Positions 1 through 13,418 are shown, counted from the first letter of the stretch. The stretch: 64,000 nt of DNA from Tubulanus polymorphus (GCF_964204645.1 NC_134035.1:11006451-11070450); one strand, 5' to 3'. The notes: generated by a model not told the origin, from the sequence alone. A program made the numbers and translations.

Positions 1-279
1 TGAGAGAAACCCATTATGTCAATTCAAACAACTGTTGTTGTTTTTTTTTCTTACGTTTTCGGACAGAATCCTTCCACCCATCTCCACAGAGTTAGAAAAT
101 TATTTTTTTCAAATAAACTAAGAAGATTGATGGTAAGGATTCGACCTGAAATTTGAAAAAGAAACGGTGTCTGTTTAAATTCATACTGTGGGTTTCTCTC
201 AATGATATTCATTAAGACTGGAAATAGTCTCAACTATTTACAGAGTTGAACAGTTATTGTAATTGCTGCTTTTTTGAAG

Positions 280-3200
280 GTATCTGATATTCTTCGACGA
301 TGGATACGCTCAATACAATCATATAAAAACAGTTCATCGTGTTTACAGACAAAGTAAGTGTCAGTTTAAACTCACAATGCACTCAAGATGATCTTAATTT
401 TAGAAGCAAAAAAAACTATTTACATTTATTGTACAATAAAGTGTCTGTTCGTTGCAGGCGAGAATGTTTGGGAGGACATACATCCAGATTCTCAGGAGTT
501 CATTAAAAGTTACTTACTCTCCTACCCAGAGGTAAAATTTACACTCTAATTTACACCCTAATTCGTGTTACTGAATCTCCATGTTTTGAAAATCTCACAG
601 GAGTATTTCCAAAATGTTAAAGGTTCAGGATTTAGTCTCACAGTCATTGGATTGAGTGTATATTTGTAGAAGCAAAATGGGCTCGGACTGGTCTTAATGA
701 TAAATTTGTCAGATTTGATATGAACCAAAATGGGCTGACACCGATCTTTTAGATTGGCTATAGAACCAAAATTCCTACTCAATAAACAAAGTTGATAGCC
801 ATAAAAGTGGTCGTGCATAGTATATAGAGAATGTCAATTGAAATTTTAGCGACCGATGGTTCGTTTGCAAGTTGGACAGTACATCAAAACAGAATGGAAT
901 GGAGAATGGTAAGTGGAAAAATAAGAAATATCGAAATGAATGCTGTTTGCCTCGACGATATTGGTGAAAAAGTATAGGAGAGGCTGTTTATAATTCAGGA
1001 GAGGAACCACAATTAAACAATTACGCAGCTAAACGAAGGCACGGTGGCCTGGAAGTAATCAGGAAAAAGTCGTGGAATTTTCTTGTCTTTTAAGTCAGGG
1101 AAATTTGTTGAGACTTGTTATTGAATTTGTTACTCGCAAAATCAGTTTCCGTCTATGGCTTGATATTGTGTTAATCGATCAGATTCTTTGCAGACCGAGT
1201 GAGGGAAAATCAAGTCAAATAAGAGTGGCCACCCTGTAAGGGAGTAGTGACTTTTGGACTCAATTCAATGAACCATTTTTCAAAACTGAAAATAGCCCAT
1301 AGAATTGGGTGGAAACATCACCACTGGCTCCCATTTTTTTTACATAATAAATCATGAGTATTTTCTTCAATTGAATTACAAACAGTCACTTGTCTATGGA
1401 AACGGACGAGGCTAGGTCTGTATGACATGCTTTTAATTTTAAATTCAGGTGGAAAGCACGTGTTCAAGAATTGGACGCGAGTCTCGTGAAAATGTTCTTC
1501 GACGCCGATCAGAGAATCGAGTGGATCTACCGCGGTTCGACGCGACTCGAGCCGCTCTACACCGAACTCGCGAACGCCGAGGCGAACAAGGTGTCGGGCG
1601 GTAAAGGTCGCATTCGCCACAATCTCGGTATGCGTAAGAAGAATAAACCGTACGTCGAATACACTCGCGGAACGGAAAGCGATGACGAACTACAAATCAT
1701 CGATAAAGGTATGAATCGTATCAATCATCTCTGAAACTCAAAAGTTGCTGACTGCTAACAATTTCTAATAGCCATGATTTGGCCCGGGCTCTCTCCCCCT
1801 CTCCCCCTCTCTCCCTCCTCTCCCTCCTTCCATCCCTCTCTCTCCCTATCCCTTCTTCCCTCTATCCATCCCTCTCTCACTCCTTCCCTCTCTCCCCCTC
1901 TCCCTCCTCTCCCTCCTTCCATCCCGCTCTCTCCCCTCTTTTCCTCTCTCCCCCTATCCCTTCTTCCCTCTATCCATCTCTCCCTCCTTCCCTACCTCTC
2001 TCCCTCCTTCCCTACCTCTCTCCCCTATCCTCCTATCCCCCACTCTCTCTCGCCCAACAGACATTTGATTGTCATTTCGTGAGCAGCCAACATCGATATC
2101 TCAGTTAAGAGAGTCTGTTGAGATATTTTACGTAACAGACCATAGATGAATGTTATCATTTAATCACACCCGTTGTTAGATTCTCGCGTGTATTGTTTCA
2201 GTGGAGCCGCCCACGCAACAGACCGCGCGTAAATCAACCGGCAGATCGGTGGCGAAAAAATCTACAGGAGGCAGCCAAAATCATCATCAAAATACTTCAT
2301 CGTCATCATCATCATCTTACTTATCGATTATGACGAAACAAACTACGTCGCCCGGCAAGAAAGGTTTGTCCCCTCGCCGACGCTATAGCTTGTGAACGTA
2401 TTTCAATCGACAGTTAATTCGGATGTGTTTGATTTCATTTCAGAATTCACGAGTACGTCCCCTGCTAAAGAACATTCCGTGCGTAGGCAAGTTTCCGCTT
2501 TAGGTATGTTTAGAAATAAAATCCCGCTATTATCAATTGACTCAAACGTTTATCAAGAGATTCTTTATAAATACTGTTAGCCCAACATCATTCATTCACA
2601 CATCGATCGTTGTGCTGCATTTTTTTGTCTTTTCTGTAATTTGTAATATTTATTGTCTTTTCTTTCTCAGTTGGACCAGAAAACCACGGCGAAAGGATCG
2701 ACATACCACTCAATAAACTAGTGCCTAATCGTCAAATCAAGAAATATGGTAGATATAAGAAAAACGTCAATATATAGGCCTCCCCGGGGTTGTCGGGTTT
2801 CTCTTTGATAGGGGCCAAGTCATCTAGATTTCATATATAACTTAGCAAACAACCTAGGCCATAATTTAGTCCAAATAAGCAACATAGACCTGTGAAACAA
2901 GGAGGCAACTGTGATATAGGCCAGACTGGCCTTCATTACTGGTTACAGTTACAATACGATATGATACAATATGATGATATGTAAACTATACTTGTTATAT
3001 AGAGGTTAATGCAGTAGTCCTGCTACGGAATGGTCTTAAACTACGGTATCTTAAATTTTGATTGCGTAATTTATGAAGTAAATAGATATTTTTCTTTATT
3101 TGAAAAAGGGCACTATGGCCCATACCCCCTTGTGAATGCCTGTATGTCAAATAGTCAATTATTAACAGCTATCCTGCGAGTAATTTATTTTCCTCTCTCC

Positions 3201-6200
3201 TCCTCCCCCCGCCCCCGCAGTAAAACATGTGTGTTCGATGACTTGCTCCGAGGAGGACGACCCGACTAGATTCCGCGGTCACAACCCGCTGCGTATACCA
3301 CTGCTGTTCGGCTGGAATCGACACCTATCGAAGGTTCGCAACACAAGCGGTAAACGTTACGTGATTTATTCAGCGCCGTGTCAACGACGTCTGCGCAGCA
3401 TGGAAGACTTGATGAAATATCTCGATACGACATCATCCAGTTTGTCGTGTGACATGTTCTGTTTCGACCCGTACATTCACGTGTTGAGTGAATTCGTACC
3501 GATCAAGGTAATTACTAATAATAATAATAATGATAATAATAATAATAATAATAATTGTCATTTATATAGCGCAGGTATCCTAACCTGAGTGAGTTGAAAT
3601 GCGCTCCAAACTTGGTACTATTATCCCCAGCCTATAACTCTATTCCATGTATCAGTCATCTCTCCTTGGGCAGAAGTAACACCCGAGCAGCTACTAGACG
3701 CTCAGGACCCAGTTCCACAGTAGTGAGTTATAATTAGTTCATTTTCAATGAGTTAACTCAGAGTTAAATCTTAACTCGCAACTGTGGAACTGGACCCTGG
3801 AGTCATCTATCAGTCCAGGTACTCATTTACTCCTGGGTGGAGAGAGACGATGAGGATAAGTGTCTTGCCGGAGGACACTGCGGAAATATATGGGATTCGA
3901 ACCCACAACCTTGCTTCCCAGAGTCAAACGCTCTGACCGCTCGCCCACGCCACTCACTAGCAGACGATGTGTATTAATCATGATCTGTTATTATGTTATG
4001 ATTTGTCGTTTGAATTGATATATTATCGATATTTCAGACGTTCTGCGACATTAAGGATATATCATACGGTAAAGAGACCGTACCGATATCGTGCGTGAAC
4101 GGTATCGATCGTCAGTATCCGGACTACGTCGAATACTCGAACCAGCGAATACCGGCTAAGGGCGTCAAACTGAATCTCGACACGGAATTCCTCGCTTGTT
4201 GCAATTGCACCGATAATTGTCAGGTACGACGCAGACGCAATATTTCTTTGCGACAGAGTTCCGACCTGGAGTGGATCTAAGGGTTTCTTACAACATTCTT
4301 TTAGACCCTTGTAATTTTGAGTGCTCCATTTATTCTGAAATGGGCACAATTTTGTCGGGAAAAAAACTAAAAAAGGAAAATTTCTGTAAAAAGGAAAGGC
4401 TCGATAATTCCAGAAAGTGGTCAAAAGGTTCTGCGTGAATGGCCTTAGTAATATTTGATAAGACCCTCGAATTCTGCCCTCTTTGAAATTCAATGGCCGT
4501 ATACTTTAAACCTTCATTTGTTTCTCGTGCTATTTCAGGATAAAAGTAAATGCGCTTGCTGTCAATTGACGTGGGCCGCGTCTGCCGCGATCGATCCTCA
4601 AGGTCGTGTGGATGAAGAAGCCGGTTACGAATACCGAAGATTGAAGCATCCATTGATTACTGGGTCAGTTGAATGGAGTGAATAGTTTTCCAAACAAACA
4701 TGTCCTTGTTTGATTTCATATGGGTTATAAGAGTTCTTGACCTAGTCCCAGAATCATGAGTTAAGCTTTGACTATAGGTTTACACAATAATGAAGACTGT
4801 GACTGTGGTAATTGGAGATACAGCTAGATCAAGGGACACATTTCGCCAAATTCCTGAAGTGGGAGGCTAAAAATCTAGATGGAATTTAATTGAAATGAAC
4901 TAAATCTTGATTGAGTTGTCCTATTGAAAGGCGCAACAAGCTGGTGGTTCCACAGGGGCTCGTAGTTGAAGTTTGGGGTGAACCTATAGCTTAGCTAATG
5001 CAATATCAAAGGCACTGATATGATCTAAGCTACGGGCTCAACTCAAAATTCAACTACAAGCCCTTGTCGGTGGTACAGGTCCTAGTATCCGACTCTTAAC
5101 CTAACTCAGTACTGTCGAAGTGGTTTGTATATCGGGTTATTCACGATTCCCTATAAATTTCACACAGAGTCTACGAGTGTAATTCGAGATGTGGATGCGA
5201 TCAACGATGTCATAACCGCGTAGCTCAAAATGGACTACAGCTTCGACTACAAGTGTTCAAAACCGAAAAACGGTAAGTTTCAACGCTTGTTAAACTGCTT
5301 GTTTTCTTAAGCAGCACGGGCTTGTTCTCCCTCAAAAGTTACTTGTAGTTAACCATCGGATATGTACAATGGTAATCCAAGCTGAAAGTTCTGATTGTCA
5401 CTTTGTCAGTTATTCACATATTTATAACCCCATAAACCAAAAGACCCATTAAAAACATTTTGATTACTAAAATCTAAATGAATTTCTCTCGAATTTTAGG
5501 GGCTGGGGTATAAGATGTTTAGATGACATTCCAGCCGGTGGGTTTATTTGTATATATGCCGGACAGCTATTAACAGAACAGGCAGCAAATGAGGTAGGTC
5601 ACAGTCGGTACTGATTCAATCAACTTTTAACCCTCTCAATAAGTCTACACCACGGTGCGGTGTATAAATCAGTGCTGGACGTTGCTAGTACACCGCATCA
5701 AGGTGTATTGATGTTATACTAATGATACTATAGACCACGTGTTTCTCTATCAATACATGATTCAATGTCTGAATGAAAAATGAATGAATTCGTATCATTT
5801 TAAATCGAGAGATTTCTCTGAGTCACTCAGGGAATTTTGTACAATCGCATGCAAAAGTCAGGGAAAACTTAGGGGATTTGTAAATGAATGGAAAGTGGCG
5901 GCACGGCGATGTATGCCTTCGTTTCATATTTATTCGATGAATTATACAGGACGGACATCAGTACGGCGATGAATATCTGGCTGAATTGGATCATATTGAA
6001 GTCGTTGAGCAGATTAAAGAAGGCTTCGAAGACGACGTTGATCCTATCGATGAAGATCTCGACGACAATGAAACGTCCGATGACAGTGTTAAAACCGAAT
6101 CAGACATCGGCAGGTGAATATATAGTAATGATCGTTTTTAACCCAGGTCATATTTTATCTGTGCCCGATTAGGCCCGGGCCAATTGTTCACACCAAAAAT

Positions 6201-9200
6201 GTTGGACCCAACCCATGGCATATCTTCTGGAAATGACTCACCTCGCTTGCAACGGAATCATTTCCGGAATCATAGTATTTCGATGACAAGTGAGTGATTT
6301 ATGCATGAACACGCTCTCTAAGTAGTTACGGGCCAAATTTGACGGGCCTGGTCCGAGCAAGTTTGTGATAACGGCTTAAATCTACTGGATCCAGTTCCAC
6401 AGTTTTGATCTATCTAGATTGAAAACGAACTCAGTTGAATATAGTTTAAGTGTAAATCTGATATAGAACTGTAGAACTATAGTGTACTTCAGAACATGTA
6501 TTAATTATGTATATTGTAATCTATGTTGTGTATGATTGTAGTGATTATTCCGGTCACGCTGCTGTTAAGTTCGATACGGATGAAGCACCAGTTCACAATA
6601 CTCGTCGAAGATCGAAGTAAGCTATTCTAAAATTCATATCAATATTTGTTTTCACGAAAACCTTGCGATTTCGAGCTACAACCAAAACCCAGATGATCAG
6701 AGGGTCAGGTTTCATAATATTTACCCAAAATTTGCCCTAATCTTGATGTTACGTGTAGTTTACTTTAAGTCCAGTTAGTATAAGTATTTCCGGCTACATT
6801 TCAATTGATAATAAGTTCTTGCCATTTTTTTTGCAGTCGTCGGCGATTGAGCAAAGATAGATCGGAACCAGCCGGAAAAGTGGGTAAAATAGTCATCAAA
6901 TGCACATCTTCAACGGAAAACAAAACGTGGGCCGTGAATAAAAAGAACCCGTAAGTTAGAACCAGAGTAGAACCCGATTGATTTCGATCATTTGGTACTG
7001 ACGAAATTTGGCTACCAGTAGTTTTTGGGAAATCCAGTTTGAACATCATATTTATATGTAAAGACTGTGAATAATATCCCGATTTCATCAAACTATGGGT
7101 TAGACTGATCCGAATGAATTAGGTTACACCGAGCGATAATTTTTGACCACTTTCGGACTTAGGTCACGACTGCACAGCTGGCCCTTAAGCCCAGACAGTC
7201 CTAAACCTGATCCTGATTATCTGAATAGCCTGATCTGATGCATCGGCGTTTTTCAGCAGTGAAAAAGATACTGCCACAACAACAACGGCGACATCTACGG
7301 ATAAAGCGGCTAAATGGTTGGATTCATTACCGGACGCGGCCGGCGCGATTACAATCAGCGACGACGAGGAAAAGAAGGATGACGTCGGTATGGATACCGA
7401 CGAACTACCCGATCTAGCACCAGGTATTGTATCTAGTGGAACTCGATCTGTCGTTATTTCTCACCGACTTCGCACCACGTTCAGTAAATGAGGCTTTTTC
7501 ACAGTTTGTTCGATCGATGAAAGATCGCTGTGTGGTTATCAATCGTTCCGTCGAGGTATTGATATCGATGTGCTTGTAAAAGTATTCACCTGGCCCGTAT
7601 AAGGTTAAGGGTCAAACGAACCGTGGAAGGTTGGCCCCGATCCCGGCCTTAAGAAAATTTGGGCATCAATTCTAAAAAATTCACTCATTTTCAAATCTTC
7701 ACATTCAAAAATATGCCATACCTTCAAATTTTCTTTATTCGAGGCCAAATTGCATGAAAACGATGCTAGATTCTCTTCCTTTTTTGCTCAAATATGCATT
7801 TTCACAGAAGGTATGAGATTTCTCCATCTTTGCATTTAATTTTCAAACATATCGCAAGGTCGCAGGACACCTAACAACAAGTCACAACTTACAACTGCTA
7901 TTCACATTACGTTGTAAATGTAGTAATATTGTCGCTTCTTATTTTCATGGATTACATGTCACGATATGTCGTTAAATGAACGGGCTTGCTTGATTTTTAG
8001 ATGGCACCGTCAGGAAACCTGGTAAATCAAATCAAAATACAGGTAAAATTCTTAGTAACCTCGTTTGCTACCCTTGTTTTCATGTTACGCTTTTGGAAAT
8101 TGAATCTGTTTCGTATACGGCTCGTGGCATTCGAGTCGAAATGTCAAACTACTCTCATAAATTTCCTTTAATTTAATTGTGGTGATTTTTCTTCAGTTCA
8201 AAATACAGGTATCGATAGCCAGTAAAATATGCTTAATATTTCATCTGTACCACGCTGTTTCTTTCTTACTGTACAATCTTTTCGAACGTATCGATATGCT
8301 TACGGTTTATGACACTACGTATTTTTCATCGCTTTCTTACTGTCATTTCAAACGGAATTTTTGTGTTTATTTCATATTTTAGCGGAAAAACAACCAGCGA
8401 AATCGGACGAACCAGCCGCCGACAAAACTGCCCCCTCCGCGACTAAAACCCCCGATAAACCGTCATCAGGTGAAATTACTTCCGACTGCTACTTCCTTTA
8501 ACTCCACGATTAATTTTCATTTTATCACCCTAATACCTTAACCTATTCCTACCCTTACTAACCCACTACGTGCGACATTCTTTTTGCAGTATATTATTTT
8601 TCAGAAATTATTAAGTTAGAAATGTATTAATTTAAGCCACTAATCATGGACGGTGGACTTAGCTTTTGATTCATTGCCTAATTTAACAATAGAAGCAATA
8701 GGTGCGGATCCAACCTACTGCTGTTACCGCTTGATTGATACTCGCAAATTTTTCGAGATCAAATGCCAGAGCAGAATTATTTTGGACCGATATTTTGAAA
8801 ATGAAATTTAACGTCCCCACAAACGCTTGGAATGCATTTGGAGGTGGTAAAATTCTAAAATTTTCTGGAGTACGATCCCCACACCCCTTTATGGTGCTGT
8901 GATGACAGGCTGGATCCGCCCCTGAGCAACCTACACCATCATCATCCAATATTCAGTACTATTCTCTATACCTATTCAGTGAATAGGGCTGGATCCCGAA
9001 CATGTGCGCAGTATCTGGGCAAATGCAGCCTTACACTTCCATCCATAAGAGATGACATAGACAGCCATCAGAATGCTCCAAATGCTGACAATTTTTTGAA
9101 CAATTTTGAAGAAGGCTCGCCATTTCTTGGATCCACCCATGAAAAATAACCTTTAACATATAATCCATTCTGTTTTACTCTTTACTATTTAATCGTCTTT

Positions 9201-10684
9201 AAATGAACTTTTTATTTATTTTCTATTTGATTGAACGCATATTTTGTTAGTATTGTTTCGAGTTTATTCAGTAATCGTGGAAATGAATCAAATTTATGAT
9301 TAACTTTTAGTTGCATGTGAAAAGGTAACGTTCTTGATTTGCTTTAGTAATGTTTTATACTCCTCGTGGATGGATGTTTTTAATTCCTATGATAACCTTA
9401 TGTTATGATAGCTTATAAATAGCTTAAGCGTAGTAATTCCTTGAAAGACACTTCTAGCTTTAGCCTTTAAACTGAATTATTGAATAGTATAGCACAACAA
9501 GTATTATATTGTATTACAGATCCTGCCGATATGGTGCATGATTCTGATGATTCTGATGAAGGGCGATCGAATAAAGGTAATCATTTGTAATCGGGGTGTT
9601 ATACGTATCAACTAATCTCAATTAGCTACCAATTAACATACTAAATTCATTGGGATCAATTTCATAGACCTGGGCCCAGTTGTGCAGCGATGGCTTAGAT
9701 TTAAGAATCTGAAATACCATCTTAGTTCTAAAGAGGAACTACGAACTTCCAACTTAAGACAAGTCTTAAGATTCCAGACCATATTTAATTATGGGTAGGC
9801 CCTGGGCTTAGACATTTCTCGGTTAATTTTTGGTTTAAGACTAGTTCACGTCCAATGTTGTTACCCACAAGTGAAATTCTATAATTCTGGGTAAACTTTG
9901 AAGATTGATCCATCAATTCTGGAGTCAATACTTTGAAGTGGGCTTAACTCGACTATCGTTATCATATATTTCCTTATTTTGCGCTTTTAGTGGAAAAAAC
10001 GTCCAGATTTATGAATCTGCCGGATCCGAAGACGCCGATACCCTCGTTGAAAATCAAATTATCCACGATGGAAGTACAAAAAGACAAAACTAAAGGTATT
10101 GCGAAAGCAATGAAAACACGCGACTTTTGAAGGCAATAATTTAACTGCGACACCTGAATGTACTGTCTGCGTTAATTGTTACAGGAGACAAGGATAAGAA
10201 ATTAACGATTCCGCTGCGAAGTTTTTTCAACGAAGAATTCTGTTATATCATGGATGCTAAATCGATAGGAAACCTCGGACGATATCTCAACGTAAGAAGG
10301 AAGGACGTTAAATCTTGAAGACTGACTTTGAGATTGGTTTTCATGACCCAGAAGAAGTGACGGCTACATTATTTTCCTCTCTATTTACAGCATAGTTGTA
10401 CCCCGAATGTTTTTGTTCAGAATGTGTTCGTTGATACGCATGATCTACGTTTTCCTTGGGTCGGCTTCTTCTCATTACAGTAAGTTTTCACACGGGTGAA
10501 CTATTACTATCAGTTATAACGACTCGGGGATTATCATGCATAATTTTCGATTGGAAATAATTTCAGGTTAATTCGAGCGGGAACCGAACTGACGTGGGAT
10601 TATAATTATGAGGTCGGCAGCGTGCCGGGGAAAGTTCTCTACTGTTACTGCGGCTCGGCCGAATGTCGAGGTCGACTCTTATAA
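280..10684 (+). CDS. SETDB1: Histone H3K9 methyltransferase SETDB1/eggless (5'-incomplete, 23 exons in window)
   Basis: Phase-consistent AG/GT exons: 280-353, 458-531, 850-908, 1449-1708, 2202-2363, 2444-2503, 2671-2748, 3221-3507, 4038-4223, 4539-4663, 5168-5272, 5500-5593, 5950-6113, 6542-6616, 6837-6950, 7257-7423, 8001-8042, 8383-8469, 9520-9576, 9991-10095, 10185-10291, 10391-10479, 10567-10684 (TAA). Motifs: Tudor ([12 protein letters not shown]; [13 protein letters not shown]), MBD ([22 protein letters not shown]), pre-SET ([24 protein letters not shown]), SET-N ([25 protein letters not shown]), long insert, SET-C ([35 protein letters not shown]), post-SET ([13 protein letters not shown]). 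Confidence 0.96.
1040..1236. mobile_element. MITE family E (CAGGGTGGCC-type termini, internal TTCCCTGA/TCAGGGAA repeats; hAT-like)
   Basis: Termini cacggtggcc / ggccaccctg. Related copies or fragments at ~31300-31461, 38540-38750, 40685-40922, 49563-49782 and 60318-60550. Confidence 0.65.
1789..2050. repeat. Polypyrimidine (CT-rich) low-complexity tract in SETDB1 intron
   Basis: Almost pure C/T with recurring ccctctctccc/ccttccctctatccatc. It produces the spurious P/S/L ORFs. Confidence 0.9.
3517..3955 (-). mobile_element. tRNA-derived SINE with (TTA)n tail, interrupted by a MITE
   Basis: On - strand: A-box-like GTGGCGTGGGCGAGCGG, B-box GGTTCGAATCCC (plus gggattcgaacc ~3892-3903), central CACCCAGGAGTAAATGAGTACC domain typical of metazoan SINEs, and a 3' microsatellite (plus (aat)n 3517-3555). 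Confidence 0.75.
3703..3799. mobile_element. MITE family A (~110 bp, TIR GACCCAGTTCCACAGT) nested in SINE
   Basis: ccagttccacagt...actgtggaactgg inverted termini. Near-identical copies at 24970-25078, 45759-45867 and 46313-46420, and a degenerate copy at ~6386-6480. Confidence 0.85.
8701..8924. mobile_element. MITE with GGCGGATCCA-type termini
   Basis: ggtgcggatccaac ... ggctggatccgcccctg inverted ends. Confidence 0.5.
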
Positions 10685-11505
10685 GATAGAGAGAGATGGA
10701 GAGATGATGAAACATAGGGGGAAATTATCATTCCTAAATAAGTTCAAAATATTCTGATGTGTTCATCTCCTAAATCAACTTAACATTTACTGAATATGTA
10801 TGGAAAATGTCCAATATTTGATACAATACAATCGTTACAATCAAACTCGCCATCGATACCTACTGGTAATTGTATGTAAAAGATGATGATTTAGGATTTT
10901 ATTAGTTACCACTGATCCCCGGATTAAGTGGGTTTGACTGATTGGTCCGATGCCAAAATGATGAATTAACCTATAAGGCTCATGCATTTAATTATACTTT
11001 GTCTGCATAATTATTGTACATCATCAATACTTCATCACATCACGTTCCTCAGTCTAACTTATCATTAATGAAAAAATGTTGTTGAAATGAAAATATTTTG
11101 TAATAAGATTAAGTGTATTTTTGTTATGCAAAGGTTGTAGGAATCGGATTAGGTTTGCATTTTCTTATGCTAAGTATTGTTTGTGCGTTTGTTTTAATAG
11201 CAATCACCTTAAATTGTATTTGCATCCCGCACTGAGAGCTAATAATATCCACAGGGGTTCGTATTCGGGATAATATCCAACCTTTTTCACCTATGGCTCA
11301 ATCATTGCATTTAATCTCTCGCAGAATGTCAACGAAAAGTATGTCGACTTTATGTAGATTTTATTTTCGAAGTTTTAAAAGCTTTAAATATCTAGTATCA
11401 TGATTGATATTGCTGTGGAATATTTGCCGAAGAAGTGAAGATATCAACTATATGATCACCTTATTTCAAACAAAGAAATTACGTGTTTTATACAACTGTT
11501 TTTGT

Positions 11506-11511
11506 AATAAA
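11506..11511 (+). terminator. Candidate SETDB1 polyadenylation signal
   Basis: AATAAA ~820 nt after the stop, at the end of a T-rich UTR-like stretch. An earlier AATAAA lies at ~10737. Confidence 0.5.
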
Positions 11512-11944
11512 TTCTATGTGATTAATTTCAGTCATCCAGTTATTTCTCCCGAGGAGGACCGAGGAGGTCCAGAATCGACCGAAGCCGATGTTAGGGTTAG
11601 GGTCAGAGATAGAGGTCTCTGATGTCAATCCTCTTTGTCATCGGTAACAATCGAATTGTCGATCCTGAAAATACATGAGCGGGGTGCTACCCACTGGCAC
11701 CCTCTCTATAGTGTTAAGAAATATATCCTGAAAGATGCGAATTTTTAGAGGATAAAGTATCTCTGTCTTGACGTAAAGGGCAACCTCAGTAAGAAGGCAG
11801 GCGATCACCTCTAAATCTGCCCCTGGTCAATCGCCTTGCTTTGATTTTCAAGACTGCAGGCGTTCCAAATCCTCAAGCCATACCAAAAGAAAGAACGACG
11901 ACATGATGCGACAACTTTTTTTAAGCTTCATTTAAAAAGTTAAG

Positions 11945-11950
11945 TTTATT
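11945..11950 (-). terminator. Candidate HIPK distal polyadenylation signal
   Basis: First minus-strand AATAAA (plus tttatt) I could find downstream of the HIPK stop. It is followed on - by GU/U-rich sequence (gttgtcgcatcatgtcgtcgttcttctttt). Confidence 0.55.
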
Positions 11951-13072
11951 CCAAATTTGATCCCAAGAATGTTAAAAATCTATGTGTAATTTGTCCAAAA
12001 AGCACTACATAATCATAATCGAGTCCGCCCTATACACATAGTATACACAATAATACATATATGTTAAACCGACTTCCCTCCGACCACAATTAAAACCTAA
12101 AAACTTGAGTGAGTCCGTTTTAGTAGTATCATTATGTGTCTTATATACTATATATAGATTATATATGTATATATATATACCACGCACACAATGATATCGA
12201 TAATAAGAAAATAATAAATCTAATGTAATCGATGCAGGATATTTTTCTTTAGTAATCATTAGTAAAATAGGCTTCAGTTTTATGCGAACGAACGCGACTA
12301 ATTTTAACTTCGTTGAGAGGAAGAGAAGGAAAATAATATAATAATACGCTTCTACGATATAAATATACAACGCAATCCGAAATCAAAACATCAAACTTAA
12401 AATATTTGAAACACTCACAAGCGAAAGAAAGAAAAAACGAGGCACTCGCCGGATTTTAACCGCCAAAACCGTATCGCGATTAACGTCGAAATAGTCGCGC
12501 GAAAAATGAGCGAGCGTTTGAAACATAACTCGATTATCATTTTCATGGAAAAGTTTCGTTTTTTGTTGTCTAGTTCCACGTAACTATTATGTGCGCTACT
12601 TAGTAATAATAAATAAATAAATATACAATCAAACCGATGATAACCCAAACACCTGTTCAAAAAATATATAAGGCAGATTATCGAGAATTAATCGGAAAAT
12701 ATTTTTGTTTTCCTGAAACATTCCAATTTTATAATATATTGTTAACATACGTAACGTAATCAGGACTATCGGTGTATATTGCTGAGAGAAACGAATGGAA
12801 TTTCATTAAAAGCGTGTGCGCTGAAAAACAAATAGCCATTTCATCGGTGGTTGATACGAAATAGACATTCGAACGGCGAGAGGCAGCGCGAAGGTGAAGG
12901 TCATGAATAACGATAATACGGTGAACATTATATGCGATGAACACGTACAGAAATATTGAGTAGTTATTAAACATGATGTCAAACACCAAATCATCGGAAC
13001 CCTTATCTACAGTCGTCTGAATCTAGATTAAAATTTAGTTCATTTGCTTTTAGAACCACCACCCAGCCTCCC

Positions 13073-13418
13073 CATCCTCGCTTGCCAGGGTTAGATTGCC
13101 TCACGCCGAAGCTCATGCCAACACAAACCCTGGCCACAGACCGTTCATCGGTGTATTACACCGCCCAAGTTTGCGGCGCAGCAGCCACCTGTCTATGTAT
13201 TAAGCCAATCAGACATCAACAGAGCAAATCTGCCAGTGAAAAACAACGCATGTGATTGGCGTAGACTGGTGGCCACTGTGCGACAATCTGTCCACCCAAA
13301 AAAATCTTGACAATCTGTCCACCCAAAAAAATCTTGGGCGGTGTAATAGACTAATGAAGGAACTGTGGCCAGGGTTCGTGTTAGTGTGAGCTTCTGCAAA
13401 CTCTGGCAAACGAGGATG
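13073..13418. mobile_element. Foldback/long-TIR element (CATCCTC...GAGGATG)
   Basis: ~95 bp imperfect inverted arms (13073-13170 vs 13330-13418, e.g. ccctggccacag/ctgtggccaggg and tattacaccgcccaag/cttgggcggtgtaata). Internal ~27 bp tandem duplication acaatctgtccacccaaaaaaatcttg. Confidence 0.8.

Noticed and set aside
1774-2108. Pro/Ser/Leu-rich ORFs (also 43977-44411)
   Set aside because: Translations of polypyrimidine/polypurine low-complexity tracts.
3880-3955. tRNA-like A/B boxes
   Set aside because: No convincing cloverleaf, and it continues into a SINE body and tail, so it is called a SINE head rather than a tRNA gene.
7254-7259. NAGNAG (CAGCAG) tandem acceptor in SETDB1
   Set aside because: A common feature giving a one-residue difference in a disordered insert; not notable.
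9311-9324. AG/GT-bounded 14-nt segment containing TGCATG in a SETDB1 intron
   Set aside because: It would shift the frame, and the flanking exons join correctly without it. A poison microexon cannot be excluded but has no support.
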